Positions 18,136-27,424 of a stretch of 64,000 bases of DNA are shown here, in pieces. The stretch is from Chlamydiales bacterium (GTDB lineage Bacteria; Chlamydiota; Chlamydiia; Chlamydiales; SM23-39), in NCBI GenBank assembly GCA_035480615.1, contig DATIHO010000064.1:5259-69258 (forward strand), given 5' to 3'. Position 1 is the first letter of the stretch. Each line of letters opens with the position of its first letter. Below the pieces are notes generated by a model, which did not search any database, was not told the DNA's origin, and worked only from the letters and a program-made list of their open reading frames with translations. Made by a program: the position numbers and the translations under genes.

Positions 18136-18975
18136 TCATTTTTCAGACACCTTCTTGGAAGCTGAAATTTGCTGCATCTTTCTTTTTTCTTGTGGAGAAA
18201 GGGCTTCTTCCCCGTAAAGGGAGATGCGCGCCAGCATGGCATCCATAAACTGTTCGTCATTCCAAACGGGCTCTCCTGACTTGATATCGTAGATTTTAGC
18301 GTGCATTGCCTTTTTTTTGCCAAAACAGGTGATAAGGTCGATCAAATGAAAAAATCCATTTTCAAACCGTAGTAAAGAGGGAAATGAACTGTATTGGCGT
18401 GTTTGAATGAGTGTGCAAAAATACCCAAAAACGATGGCTCCCAGATACGCAAAAAGAGATGCCCAATTGGAACGGGAAAGATCGATGAGGAGATTGACGC
18501 CAATAAACGCCAAGATGAGATGGCGGGCTTTCAGCGGAAAAGAGAAGAAAAGGAGCAATTCCGCAGCCGGGTTTAAAATCATCCATGCGACGAGCAGTCC
18601 TTGGACGGCAGGAGAGCATCCATAAAAGGGGGATGAAAGATGAAAGCAAGTCATTGCAATCCATGCGGTGATTCCAGAAAAAATTCCAGATCCCAAAAAA
18701 AGACATAAAAATGATCGGAGATGCACTCGCTCCAGAAGACTTGCTCCAAAAATCCAGAGTAGATACAGGTTGAAAGCTAAGTAAATAATAGTTGAAGGAA
18801 AGGGGTGGATAAAAAGATAAGTGCTGAATTGCCAAAGGTAAAGATGCTGAACCCCTTCGAGCGAAAGCGCCAGGTAGGGGCTGATCAAAAATGAGAAGAC
18901 GCTAGAGAGAAAAATCATCCCTAAAAGAATTTTAATAAAGAGAGGGGTGCGGGCGGGGGCGAAGCTCATCATCAT
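18136..18975 (-). CDS. Rhomboid-family membrane protein (catalytic His apparently absent)
   Basis: [12 protein letters not shown]...[11 protein letters not shown] (TM2) and GCSPAVQGL (GxSx box) fit the rhomboid fold. The TM6 position reads [10 protein letters not shown] instead of AHxGG. Confidence 0.65.
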   Translation of the reverse strand: MMMSFAPARTPLFIKILLGMIFLSSVFSFLISPYLALSLEGVQHLYLWQFSTYLFIHPFPSTIIYLAFNLYLLWIFGASLLERVHLRSFLCLFLGSGIFSGITAWIAMTCFHLSSPFYGCSPAVQGLLVAWMILNPAAELLLFFSFPLKARHLILAFIGVNLLIDLSRSNWASLFAYLGAIVFGYFCTLIQTRQYSSFPSLLRFENGFFHLIDLITCFGKKKAMHAKIYDIKSGEPVWNDEQFMDAMLARISLYGEEALSPQEKRKMQQISASKKVSEK

Positions 18976-19076
18976 TCTTAGATAGGTTTATCACAGAGCG
19001 GCCTTTTCGGGAAAATTGTTGTTTTTTTTTATCCTTTCCGATATATTTAAATCCAGTTTATTCAAAAGAGTTGGTT

Positions 19077-19400
19077 ATGAAGAAAAAAATCCATCCTCCC
19101 TACAATGAAGTCCTTTTTGTCGATTCCTCGACAGGAGTAACCTATCTGGTCGGAACGACCCTTCAACCCAAAGACACGGAGAAGTTTGAGGGGAAGGAAT
19201 ATCCTGTTTGCCGTGTTCCCATCTCTGCCTCTTCTCACCCTTTCTTTACAAAATCGAAACAATTCATTGACTCTGAGGGCCGTGTCGATAAATTTGCGAA
19301 GAAATATCAGCGCAAAGTCGAAGAGGCAAAGAAAGCTCAAGATAAGCAGGAAGAGGCGAAAAAAGCCAAAGTGAAAGAAGAAGCTAAAAAGAAAAAGTGA
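19077..19400 (+). CDS. rpmE: 50S ribosomal protein L31 (type B) with a Lys-rich tail
   Basis: [20 protein letters not shown]...SSHPFFT is the L31 signature. Confidence 0.9.
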   Translation: MKKKIHPPYNEVLFVDSSTGVTYLVGTTLQPKDTEKFEGKEYPVCRVPISASSHPFFTKSKQFIDSEGRVDKFAKKYQRKVEEAKKAQDKQEEAKKAKVKEEAKKKK

Positions 19401-20455
19401 ACGAAAAAGTTGAGAAACTGTTGGCTCGACTTCGAGAAGTGGAAGAGTTGCTTGGTTTGCCCCAAACTCTTTCCGATCAAAAATCTTATAAACAATTGAC
19501 TCAAGAACATGCGGAACTATCCGAATTAAAGGAACTTTGGGATGGTTTGCAATCAGCGAGGAAGCAACTTCAGGACAGCAAATCCATTTTAGAAACGGAG
19601 TCTGATCCCGAGATGCAGGAGATGCTTCGTGAAGAAATGATTCGTCTTGAATCAGAAATTGAAGCTGGCACCGCTGCCATTCAGAATCTTTTGGTTCCTC
19701 CGGATCCTCGCGATAGTCGGTCGATTGTTCTCGAGATTCGGGCGGGAACCGGAGGAGATGAAGCGGCTCTTTTTGTCGGCGATTGCGTCCGCATGTATCA
19801 ATATTATGCTTCTCAAAAAGGGTGGAAATGCGAAGTATTATCTACTGCCCCCTCTGAATTGGGCGGATACAAGGAATATATTATGTCTCTTTCAGGAGCC
19901 AATGTATTTCGTTTGATGCAATACGAAGGAGGGACGCATCGGGTACAACGCGTACCTGCCACAGAAACACAAGGTCGCGTCCATACCTCTGCCATTACAG
20001 TAGCTGTTCTCATCGAACCCGATGAAACAGAAAAAATTCATGTTGATGAAAGAGATCTTCAAATAGATACCTATCGGGCTTCCGGCGCCGGTGGGCAACA
20101 TGTCAATCGGACCGATTCTGCTGTCAGGCTTACGCACATCCCTACCGGAACTGTCGTTGCCTGTCAAGAAGAGAGAAGCCAGCATAAAAATAAAGAAAAA
20201 GCGTTAAAGCTTCTTACATTTAGAATTGCGGAAGAAGAGCGTCGAAAGGCTGCGGCGGCAATGTCCGCTTCCCGGTCAAGCCAAGTGGGTAGCGGCGATC
20301 GCTCCGAAAGAATCCGAACTTATAATTTCCCTCAAAATCGGGTGACGGATCATCGCATTGGTGTGACTTTGTATCATTTGGATCGGGTCATGGAAGGAGA
20401 TCTTGATGAGTTGGCGATTCCTTTAGTGAATTATTTTTATCAAGAAAAATTTTGA
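19397..20455 (+). CDS. prfA: Peptide chain release factor 1
   Basis: GGQ motif ([23 protein letters not shown]) and the RF1-type PAT tripeptide (VPATETQGR). GTG start overlaps the rpmE stop. Confidence 0.95.
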   Translation: MNEKVEKLLARLREVEELLGLPQTLSDQKSYKQLTQEHAELSELKELWDGLQSARKQLQDSKSILETESDPEMQEMLREEMIRLESEIEAGTAAIQNLLVPPDPRDSRSIVLEIRAGTGGDEAALFVGDCVRMYQYYASQKGWKCEVLSTAPSELGGYKEYIMSLSGANVFRLMQYEGGTHRVQRVPATETQGRVHTSAITVAVLIEPDETEKIHVDERDLQIDTYRASGAGGQHVNRTDSAVRLTHIPTGTVVACQEERSQHKNKEKALKLLTFRIAEEERRKAAAAMSASRSSQVGSGDRSERIRTYNFPQNRVTDHRIGVTLYHLDRVMEGDLDELAIPLVNYFYQEKF

Positions 20456-21288
20456 TGAAAAGCGTTTCGAAAATGCTCCAAGCTTCGATTGCCTGTCTTC
20501 AGGATAAAAAATTGGATCGGCCGCGCCGGTTGGCAGAAGAGCTTTTGGCGCATTCGCTGAACATCAAACGGACTGATCTGTATCTTCAGCTGGAACGTGT
20601 GATTATAGGCGATGAACTACAGCAAATCCGGTCCGGCCTGCAGCGGCTTGTCGCTGGAGAGCCCATCGAATATGTTTTAGGAGAGATCGATTTTTATGGG
20701 TGCAGGATCAAAGTCGATCAAAGAGCTCTCATTCCAAGGCTTGAAACGGAAGTTCTTGTAGATTTTATGATCCCACGGATCAAAAAGATCTCATCCGCCT
20801 GGGACCTTTGCTGTGGCTCCGGCTGCATTGGGATTGCTTTAAAAAAGAAAATGCCAGATGTGAATGTCGTTCTTTCCGATTTGTCTCAAGAGGCATTGGC
20901 TCTTGCTAAAGAAAATGCTTTGTTGAATCGCGTCGATGTGCAATGTGTAGAGGGAGATCTTCTGGCCCCGTTTGTTGGGATGAAAACAGATCTCATGATC
21001 GCAAACCCTCCCTATCTTTCTTTGCAGGAATATTTTTCCCTGGATCCATCTGTGCGCGATTTTGAACCAAAAATGGCTTTAGTCGGGGGGAGACAAGGAA
21101 CTGAAATCTATGAGCGATTGGCAGAAGAAATGCCCCTGTTTTTAAACCCTGGAGCGCAGGTATTTTTGGAAATTGGATCCACGCAGAAAGAGGAAATGCA
21201 AAAAATTTTTTCATCTAAAATTTGGAAAAGCGAATGCATTTCCGATTGGTCGGGAAAAGACCGATGTTTTTTTCTTGAAATACAATAA
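20452..21288 (+). CDS. prmC: Release factor glutamine methyltransferase
   Basis: NPPY motif (IANPPYLS) and SAM-binding [10 protein letters not shown]. Overlaps the prfA stop. Confidence 0.9.
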   Translation: MMKSVSKMLQASIACLQDKKLDRPRRLAEELLAHSLNIKRTDLYLQLERVIIGDELQQIRSGLQRLVAGEPIEYVLGEIDFYGCRIKVDQRALIPRLETEVLVDFMIPRIKKISSAWDLCCGSGCIGIALKKKMPDVNVVLSDLSQEALALAKENALLNRVDVQCVEGDLLAPFVGMKTDLMIANPPYLSLQEYFSLDPSVRDFEPKMALVGGRQGTEIYERLAEEMPLFLNPGAQVFLEIGSTQKEEMQKIFSSKIWKSECISDWSGKDRCFFLEIQ

Positions 21289-21314
21289 CTTCCCCCAGTA
21301 TACTGATTCCTAAT

Positions 21315-22646
21315 ATGTTTGGAACTCTCACAGAAAAACTGCAAACTCTTTTTTCGAGTCTCTCAGGAAAAAAAATCCTGTCTGAAGAGAATATTGCAGA
21401 CGCGGTCCGCCAGGTTCGGCTTGCGCTTTTGGATGCTGATGTCAATTACACTGTAGTCAGTACATTTATCAGTCGGGTGAAGGCAAAAGCGATTGGAGAT
21501 GCAGTGATCAAATCGGTGACGCCGTCCCAGCAATTTGTCAAGATTGTTCATGACGAGCTTATAGCTCTTATGGGAAGCGATGAGGCGGCATTGGATTTGA
21601 ATGGGAAGCTTTCCGTGATCATGGTTTGTGGGTTGCAGGGTTCAGGAAAGACCACCTCTTGCGCCAAACTGGCTGCTTTTATTTGCAAGACTGAAAAACG
21701 GAAAAAGATTTTACTGGCCGCTTGTGATTTGCAGCGTCCGGCGGCCATCGATCAGTTAAGAAAATTGGGATCAGAGATTGGCATTGCCGTTTTTTCTCAG
21801 GAAGGGGAAAAAGATCCTGTCAGAGTTGCTAAAAGCGCTTATGAAAAAGCACAATCAGATCACTACGATGTTTTGATTGTCGATACAGCAGGGCGTCTTC
21901 ACATAGATGAAGAGCTGATGAAAGAGCTGGAGAGAGTCAAATCGGTGCTCGCGCCGCGCGAGGTGCTCTTTGTTGCAAGTGCCGCGACAGGCCAAGACGC
22001 CGCCCGGACAGCGGCTGAATTTGATAAACGGGTGCAATGCACTGGTTCTATTTTAACGATGCTTGATGGAAGCGCTCGCGCAGGGGCTGCCATTTCCATT
22101 CGCGAGGTGACTAAAAAACCTTTGAAATTTGAAGGGATCGGCGAAAAAATCGATGATTTGCAAATTTTTAACCCTCGCTCGATGGCAGACCGAATTCTCG
22201 GAATGGGCGATGTGATCAATCTCGTCAAAAAAGCGAAAGAGCACATTGATGAAAAAGAGAGTGCAGAACTTGAGCAAAAGATCCGCAAGGCGAGTTTTAC
22301 ATATGAGGACTATCTTAAGCAAATGAGGATGGTCAAGAAAATGGGTTCTTTCAAAAGTATTCTTAAAATGATGCCCGGTCTTGGCACATTAGGCGATCTC
22401 GATTTTTCAAACAAGGAATTTGAAAAAACGGAGGCGATTATCCTCTCTATGACGCCTCGGGAAAGGCAAGAGAAAGATGCGCTCGAATTTTCTCGACGAA
22501 AACGGGTGGCGAAAGGGAGCGGCGTCGATATCGAAGATGTGAATCGCCTGATCAAAGGATTTAAAAGAATCAAACAACTTTTTAAAAATATGCCGGACCT
22601 CAAAGGTCTGAAAACACAGTTGGAAGGAAAAAAGAAATGGCATTAG
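21315..22646 (+). CDS. ffh: Signal recognition particle protein
   Basis: GLQGSGKTTSCAKLA, DTAGRL, and a Met-rich M domain. Confidence 0.95.
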   Translation: MFGTLTEKLQTLFSSLSGKKILSEENIADAVRQVRLALLDADVNYTVVSTFISRVKAKAIGDAVIKSVTPSQQFVKIVHDELIALMGSDEAALDLNGKLSVIMVCGLQGSGKTTSCAKLAAFICKTEKRKKILLAACDLQRPAAIDQLRKLGSEIGIAVFSQEGEKDPVRVAKSAYEKAQSDHYDVLIVDTAGRLHIDEELMKELERVKSVLAPREVLFVASAATGQDAARTAAEFDKRVQCTGSILTMLDGSARAGAAISIREVTKKPLKFEGIGEKIDDLQIFNPRSMADRILGMGDVINLVKKAKEHIDEKESAELEQKIRKASFTYEDYLKQMRMVKKMGSFKSILKMMPGLGTLGDLDFSNKEFEKTEAIILSMTPRERQEKDALEFSRRKRVAKGSGVDIEDVNRLIKGFKRIKQLFKNMPDLKGLKTQLEGKKKWH

Positions 22647-22960
22647 TTATCCGTATGAGACAGCAAGGCGCAAAAAACCGCCAGCGTTTCCGCATTGTCG
22701 TTACCGAATCCCGCAATCCAAGGGATGGTAAATATTTAGAAAAATTAGGTTGGTATAATCCATTTGCCCCAAACGAAAAAAATCATTTCATCGATGTGGC
22801 TCGTCTCCAATATTGGATGGATAATGGCGCGCAAATTAGCGACACCGTTCGTTCTCTTGTGAAGGTCAAGTCTCCTGAAGTTGTTCAGCGAATCACTGAG
22901 AAACAAGTGGCAAAAAAGGAGAAAGCGAGAGTCAAACGCAAGAAGCAGTTGCAAACTTAA
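22637..22960 (+). CDS. rpsP: 30S ribosomal protein S16
   Basis: MALVIRMRQQGAKNRQRFRIVVTESRNPRDGKYLEKLGWYNP. Confidence 0.95.
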   Translation: MALVIRMRQQGAKNRQRFRIVVTESRNPRDGKYLEKLGWYNPFAPNEKNHFIDVARLQYWMDNGAQISDTVRSLVKVKSPEVVQRITEKQVAKKEKARVKRKKQLQT

Positions 22961-22979
22961 GATTTCGTCGAAAATAGTC

Positions 22980-23660
22980 ATGAAGATTGATATCCTTTCT
23001 CTTTTCCCCGAATATTTTCGCGGCCCTTTTGATGTGAGTATGTTGAAGCGAGCTCAAGAAAAAGGCCTCATTGAGATTCGGCATACCAACATTAGAGAGT
23101 TTGCAGAGAACAAGCATAAAAGGGTCGATGACCGTCCTTTTGGCGGAGGCCCAGGCATGGTGATGCAGCCGGGTCCAGTAGTGCAGGCGATTCGCAGCGT
23201 AAAAAAACACGATTCGTTTGTGGTTTATTTATCTCCGCAAGCAGCAGTATTGAACGCAGCAAAATGCGAGAAGTTAGCATTAGAAAAACATCTTATTCTC
23301 CTGTGTGGACATTATGAAGGAATCGATGAAAGGGCGATCGAGATTGCGGTCGATGAGGAGATTAGCATTGGCGATTATGTACTGACAAATGGCTGCGCTG
23401 CCGCGATCATTTTGGTAGATGCTGTGTCCCGTTTCATCCCAGGCGTCATCGGCCATCCCGACGCCGTGCGCGACGATTCCTTTCAAGATGGGATATTTGG
23501 ACCCCCTTCTTACACGAGGCCGGAAGTATTTGAAGGATATGAAGTACCCAGGATTTTGCGTGAAGGAAACCACGCTGAAATCGAAAGGTGGAGAAAAAAA
23601 GAAGCTTTAAAAAAAACAAGCCAAATACGGCTGGAATTAATAAAAGGAGACAAAACATGA
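22980..23660 (+). CDS. trmD: tRNA (guanine37-N1)-methyltransferase
   Basis: [13 protein letters not shown]...GGGPGMVM...[10 protein letters not shown]. The ATG at 22980 is preferred over the overlapping longer ORF. Confidence 0.95.
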   Translation: MKIDILSLFPEYFRGPFDVSMLKRAQEKGLIEIRHTNIREFAENKHKRVDDRPFGGGPGMVMQPGPVVQAIRSVKKHDSFVVYLSPQAAVLNAAKCEKLALEKHLILLCGHYEGIDERAIEIAVDEEISIGDYVLTNGCAAAIILVDAVSRFIPGVIGHPDAVRDDSFQDGIFGPPSYTRPEVFEGYEVPRILREGNHAEIERWRKKEALKKTSQIRLELIKGDKT

Positions 23661-24091
23661 GCCGAGAACCTGCGATTGAAGAAATTGAAACTTACTATAT
23701 GAAAAAAGACATTCCCGTTTTTCATATTGGGGATACGATCCGAGTTAATACTCGAATTATTGAAGGGGACAAAGAGCGAATCCAGGCTTTTACGGGTACT
23801 GTGATTGCCAGAAAAGGGACTGGCTTGTCTGAAACATTTACTGTATATCGAACTGCTTACGGATCGAGTATGGATAGGGTTTTCCTGATCCATAGCCCTC
23901 GGATTGCAGGGATTGAAGTAGTCCGTTCGGGTAAAGTGCGCCGCGCGAAACTCTATTACTTACGTGGGAAAACCGGAAAAGCGACGAAAATCCGCGAACA
24001 ATTCGGAGCTGTCCCAACAGCCACCGAGACCGTTTCAGAATCTACAGAGTCAAGTACAGAGCCGAGTGCAGAATCCACAGAGTCGAGGTAA
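23657..24091 (+). CDS. rplS: 50S ribosomal protein L19 with a Ser/Thr/Glu-rich C-terminal extension
   Basis: The ATG overlaps the trmD stop (ATGA). Core [12 protein letters not shown]...[14 protein letters not shown] is L19. Confidence 0.95.
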   Translation: MSREPAIEEIETYYMKKDIPVFHIGDTIRVNTRIIEGDKERIQAFTGTVIARKGTGLSETFTVYRTAYGSSMDRVFLIHSPRIAGIEVVRSGKVRRAKLYYLRGKTGKATKIREQFGAVPTATETVSESTESSTEPSAESTESR

Positions 24092-24129
24092 AAATTTTTT
24101 CCAACGCAGAGCTTGCTCGCTTACAGAAG

Positions 24130-24732
24130 ATGGCTGTTTTAGAAAAACGGTTGCTAGGCGATGGGTTTGTGCGCATCGCAGGAATTGATGAAGCGGGCAG
24201 GGGTTCTCTTGCAGGTCCGGTTGTGGCTGCAGCATGCATTCTGCCGCAAAACACTTATTTTGAACATTTAAACGATAGCAAACAACTCACGCCCGCCATT
24301 CGGGAAATTCTTTATGAAAAAATCACATCCCATCCTGGAATCTGCTTTGCAATCGGCATGAGCGATGCCGAGACCATTGATCGCGTCAATATTTTGCAAG
24401 CAACATTCCTTGCAATGAAAGCGGCTATTGAAAAACTCGATCCGTCTCCTGATTTTCTTTTGGTTGATGGTTCTCAAGTCCCCGCGTATGACAAGATTCC
24501 AATGCGTGCAGTCATCAAAGGGGATTCTACCTCCATTTCTATTGCAGCGGCATCTATTATTGCTAAAGTGACAAGAGACTGGATGATGATAAAAGAGTAT
24601 GATTTAAAATGGCCTCAATATGGATTTAAAAAACACAAAGGATATCCCACGCCGCAGCATTTCGAAGCGATTGACAAGTCAGGGCCTTGTCCTCTGCATC
24701 GTATATCTTTCCATCCATTTTCAGCGCTGTGA
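24130..24732 (+). CDS. rnhB: Ribonuclease HII
   Basis: IAGIDEAGRGSLAGPVVAAA and DSKQLT motifs. Confidence 0.9.
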   Translation: MAVLEKRLLGDGFVRIAGIDEAGRGSLAGPVVAAACILPQNTYFEHLNDSKQLTPAIREILYEKITSHPGICFAIGMSDAETIDRVNILQATFLAMKAAIEKLDPSPDFLLVDGSQVPAYDKIPMRAVIKGDSTSISIAAASIIAKVTRDWMMIKEYDLKWPQYGFKKHKGYPTPQHFEAIDKSGPCPLHRISFHPFSAL

Positions 24733-25567
24733 ACCCGCCCAAAGGCCAACTTTTGAATCACTAAAAAAAATCGAGTATCATTTTTCTTCAGATCCGATCG
24801 ATGTAGTCATTTTGTCAGCTCCAAAAGATCTCTGCACTCTCGAATATTGCATTGCTGCGATCAAAAAATATGGGAAACATTTGAGAAGGTTTATTGTTGT
24901 ATCGAAACAGCCCATGAGTCAAATGGCGGAGTGGTTTAGCGAAGAGAATTTCCCTTTTTCAAAAAATGAAATCGCCCTCGAAATTTTTCAGGGACAACAA
25001 GATGAAGCGGAGGCATTCCTTGCTGCCCCGAATACAAGAATCAATTGGATTTTTCAACAGCTTTTGAAATTCTACGCTCCCTTTGTGATACCCGGACTGT
25101 CTCCGAATGTCTTGATTTTGGATTCCGATGTCATTTTTTTAAAAAAGGTTCGTTTTATTTCAGAAAAAGGGGAGCCTTTTTTTATTCCCGGAAAGGAGAG
25201 GCATCCCCCTTATTTTGAACATGCCGCAAGGCTGCTTCCGGGTCTTTACAGAGTAAAACCGACCCTTTCCGGCGTTGCTCATCACATGCTATTTCAAAAA
25301 TGCGTTTTAGAGGACCTTTTTTCTCTCATCGAACAGCGGCATCAAACGGATGTTTGGCGGGCGATTTGCCGCTGTATTGATAGAAAAGAAATTTACGGCT
25401 CCTGCATGTCAGAATATGAAATCTATTTCAATTTCATCCAGTTGCGCTCATCCAGATTCAAGGTTCAAATCTCTAAATGGAAGGAAATCGGCAGCTTGGA
25501 TCTTCTTGAGCATTATCGAAAAATGGATTATGCATTTATCGCTTGTCCTCATTGGCTTAGAGGCTAA
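24620..25567 (+). CDS. Putative GT-A-fold glycosyltransferase-like protein (DxD); start uncertain
   Basis: IDVVILSAPKD is a first beta-strand-like segment, and ILDSDVIF is a DxD motif. The only upstream ATG (24620) overlaps rnhB by 113 nt. A family C repeat fragment lies in the 5' region. Confidence 0.45.
   Translation: MDLKNTKDIPRRSISKRLTSQGLVLCIVYLSIHFQRCEPAQRPTFESLKKIEYHFSSDPIDVVILSAPKDLCTLEYCIAAIKKYGKHLRRFIVVSKQPMSQMAEWFSEENFPFSKNEIALEIFQGQQDEAEAFLAAPNTRINWIFQQLLKFYAPFVIPGLSPNVLILDSDVIFLKKVRFISEKGEPFFIPGKERHPPYFEHAARLLPGLYRVKPTLSGVAHHMLFQKCVLEDLFSLIEQRHQTDVWRAICRCIDRKEIYGSCMSEYEIYFNFIQLRSSRFKVQISKWKEIGSLDLLEHYRKMDYAFIACPHWLRG
24738..24762. repeat. Family C repeat fragment (CCCAAAGGCCAACTTTTGAATCACT)
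   Basis: Nearly identical to 38595-38619. Confidence 0.6.
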
Positions 25568-25568
25568 A

Positions 25569-25587
25569 GTTTAGGGCAGCTTCTTAG
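25569..25587. repeat. Family B terminal fragment (GTTTAGGGCAGCTTCTTAG)
   Basis: Matches the outer end of the right arm at 14923-14941. Lies directly after the stop at 25567. Confidence 0.55.
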
Positions 25588-25609
25588 AGGCTGTTAACGA
25601 TCTCTCACC

Positions 25610-27412
25610 TTATATTGAAAATTTACCCATTCTTGCATCTGCTAAATCGATCAGATCTTTTGAATCCATAATGATTGATTCTGTAGCAAGACCGCAATTG
25701 AACGCAGCTTGAGGTCGCGACGCCACCTGCTCGTCGAAATAATTATCGAGATTGAGCAGATTGCCAAAAGGCGGTACGCCGCCAATAATGAGTCCGAATC
25801 GTTCCTCAATATTTGATGGATCTTCAAATTCACATTTTTCTCCAACCGCCTCTGAAGCCGCTTTCATATTCAGTTTCAAGTGAGCCGGAATGTTGAATTG
25901 AACATTTTTTTTCGAGTGTTTTCCGCGTAAAATGAGCGCTTTGATTCCTTCTTCTATTACAGTTCCTCGTATTCGGGCAGAATCTTCCGATGTAGGAGTC
26001 GGCTCATGAATAGTATGTTTAAATACTATATTTTTTGAGCGGCAGCGTCGGATGATCTCATTGCGAATGTTTTCTCCGCCAAAAAAAATATGCGCTTTAA
26101 TTCGGTTTCCGGCGATTCGTTTCGTATCTGATGGGAAAAGAGAAGCTTCGCGAATGTTTTTGAGTTTAAGCAGGGTCATTGTAAGCCGCTCCAAACCCAT
26201 GCCAAACCCTCCATGAGGAGGCATCCCATACTTAAAAATGCTCAGATAATCTTCGAAATTCAAGGGGTTCATCTCTTTTGCGCGAATTCCTTCAATCATG
26301 GAATCATAAGTATGGCGTCTTTGTCCGCCCGATGTAATTTCAGTCCCGGCGCAAAGCAGATCAAAAGTATTGGTTAACAATGGATTGTTTTCATTCGGGT
26401 AAGCATAAAAAGGCCGTTTTGATGTATGCCAATCAATCACAAAGACAAATTCTGTCCCTGCTTGTTCTAAACTCCAGGCGCAAAGTTCTCTTTCGGCCGC
26501 GGGGCTTAAATCTGGCTCATCTCTTTCGTCAATTCCGGTCCTTTCAAAATAGAGCTGCTGCGCTTCTTTGAAAGTAAGGCGAGGGAAAGCGATATCGATT
26601 GGCGCTTTCACAATCGATCCTTTGAGCGCTTCGATCTCCGATTTGCAGTGATGATGAAGATATTGCAAGATGAATTTGATGCACTCTTCCTGAATATCGA
26701 GAATTTCATGCCAATGACTAAAAAAACCAATTTCAAATTCGAGTTGTTTTCCTTCAGAAAGATGACGAGAGGTTTGCGAAGGTTCGGCGCGAAAAAAGGG
26801 CATGATAGCGAAGGCCCGTTCGTTAACGCCTACCATGATTTGCTTATACAGTTGGCTACTTTGAGCAAGGGTTGCCGTATATCCGAAATAATCCACATTA
26901 AAAAATTCGGCTCCACCTTCCGACGAGGCGCCGATGATATTCGGGGCAAAATATTCGCTGGCTTGCACCGTATCGTGCATATAAAGCCGATAAGCATGGG
27001 CGATTTCAGCTTGAATTTTAAAAATCGCCTGGATTTGGCAGTTTCTTAACGCAATTGGTCTGTGATCCAAAAGGAATTCAAGGTCATTGTGGAGCTCCGG
27101 CTTATAGTATTCAATTGGAGGAGGATCCAGAATCGGATTTTCTACGGTAATTCGAGGTTCGATCAGCTCCACTTTAAACGTAGACCCGGAAGGCGCCGCT
27201 TTTCCCTCAATCGATAAAATAGATCCAGGATTTAGATGAGAAACTTTTGTAAGCTCCTCTTTATTTTCGATGACTACCTGCGTCAATCCACTTCGATCTC
27301 TTATTAGAAGAAAAGAAATTTTTCCAAGTGATCGAAGGTTATTGAACCATCCTCGTACACACACCTTTTGTCCGATGCAATTTGGCAGTTCGCGTGCTAA
27401 AATACGCATCAA
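25610..27412 (-). CDS. aspS: Archaeal/eukaryote-type aspartyl-tRNA synthetase fused to a C-terminal YbaK/ProX-like (tRNA_edit) domain
   Basis: Class IIb core: EGGAEFF, LAQSSQLYKQ, FRAEPSQTSRHLSE, PPHGGFGMGLERL. An extra ~170 aa follow: HEPTPTSEDSA...IKALIL...GLIIGGVPPFG...NCG, as in YbaK-type deacylases. Confidence 0.8.
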   Translation of the reverse strand: MMRILARELPNCIGQKVCVRGWFNNLRSLGKISFLLIRDRSGLTQVVIENKEELTKVSHLNPGSILSIEGKAAPSGSTFKVELIEPRITVENPILDPPPIEYYKPELHNDLEFLLDHRPIALRNCQIQAIFKIQAEIAHAYRLYMHDTVQASEYFAPNIIGASSEGGAEFFNVDYFGYTATLAQSSQLYKQIMVGVNERAFAIMPFFRAEPSQTSRHLSEGKQLEFEIGFFSHWHEILDIQEECIKFILQYLHHHCKSEIEALKGSIVKAPIDIAFPRLTFKEAQQLYFERTGIDERDEPDLSPAAERELCAWSLEQAGTEFVFVIDWHTSKRPFYAYPNENNPLLTNTFDLLCAGTEITSGGQRRHTYDSMIEGIRAKEMNPLNFEDYLSIFKYGMPPHGGFGMGLERLTMTLLKLKNIREASLFPSDTKRIAGNRIKAHIFFGGENIRNEIIRRCRSKNIVFKHTIHEPTPTSEDSARIRGTVIEEGIKALILRGKHSKKNVQFNIPAHLKLNMKAASEAVGEKCEFEDPSNIEERFGLIIGGVPPFGNLLNLDNYFDEQVASRPQAAFNCGLATESIIMDSKDLIDLADARMGKFSI

Positions 27413-27424
27413 AACAACACCCTC

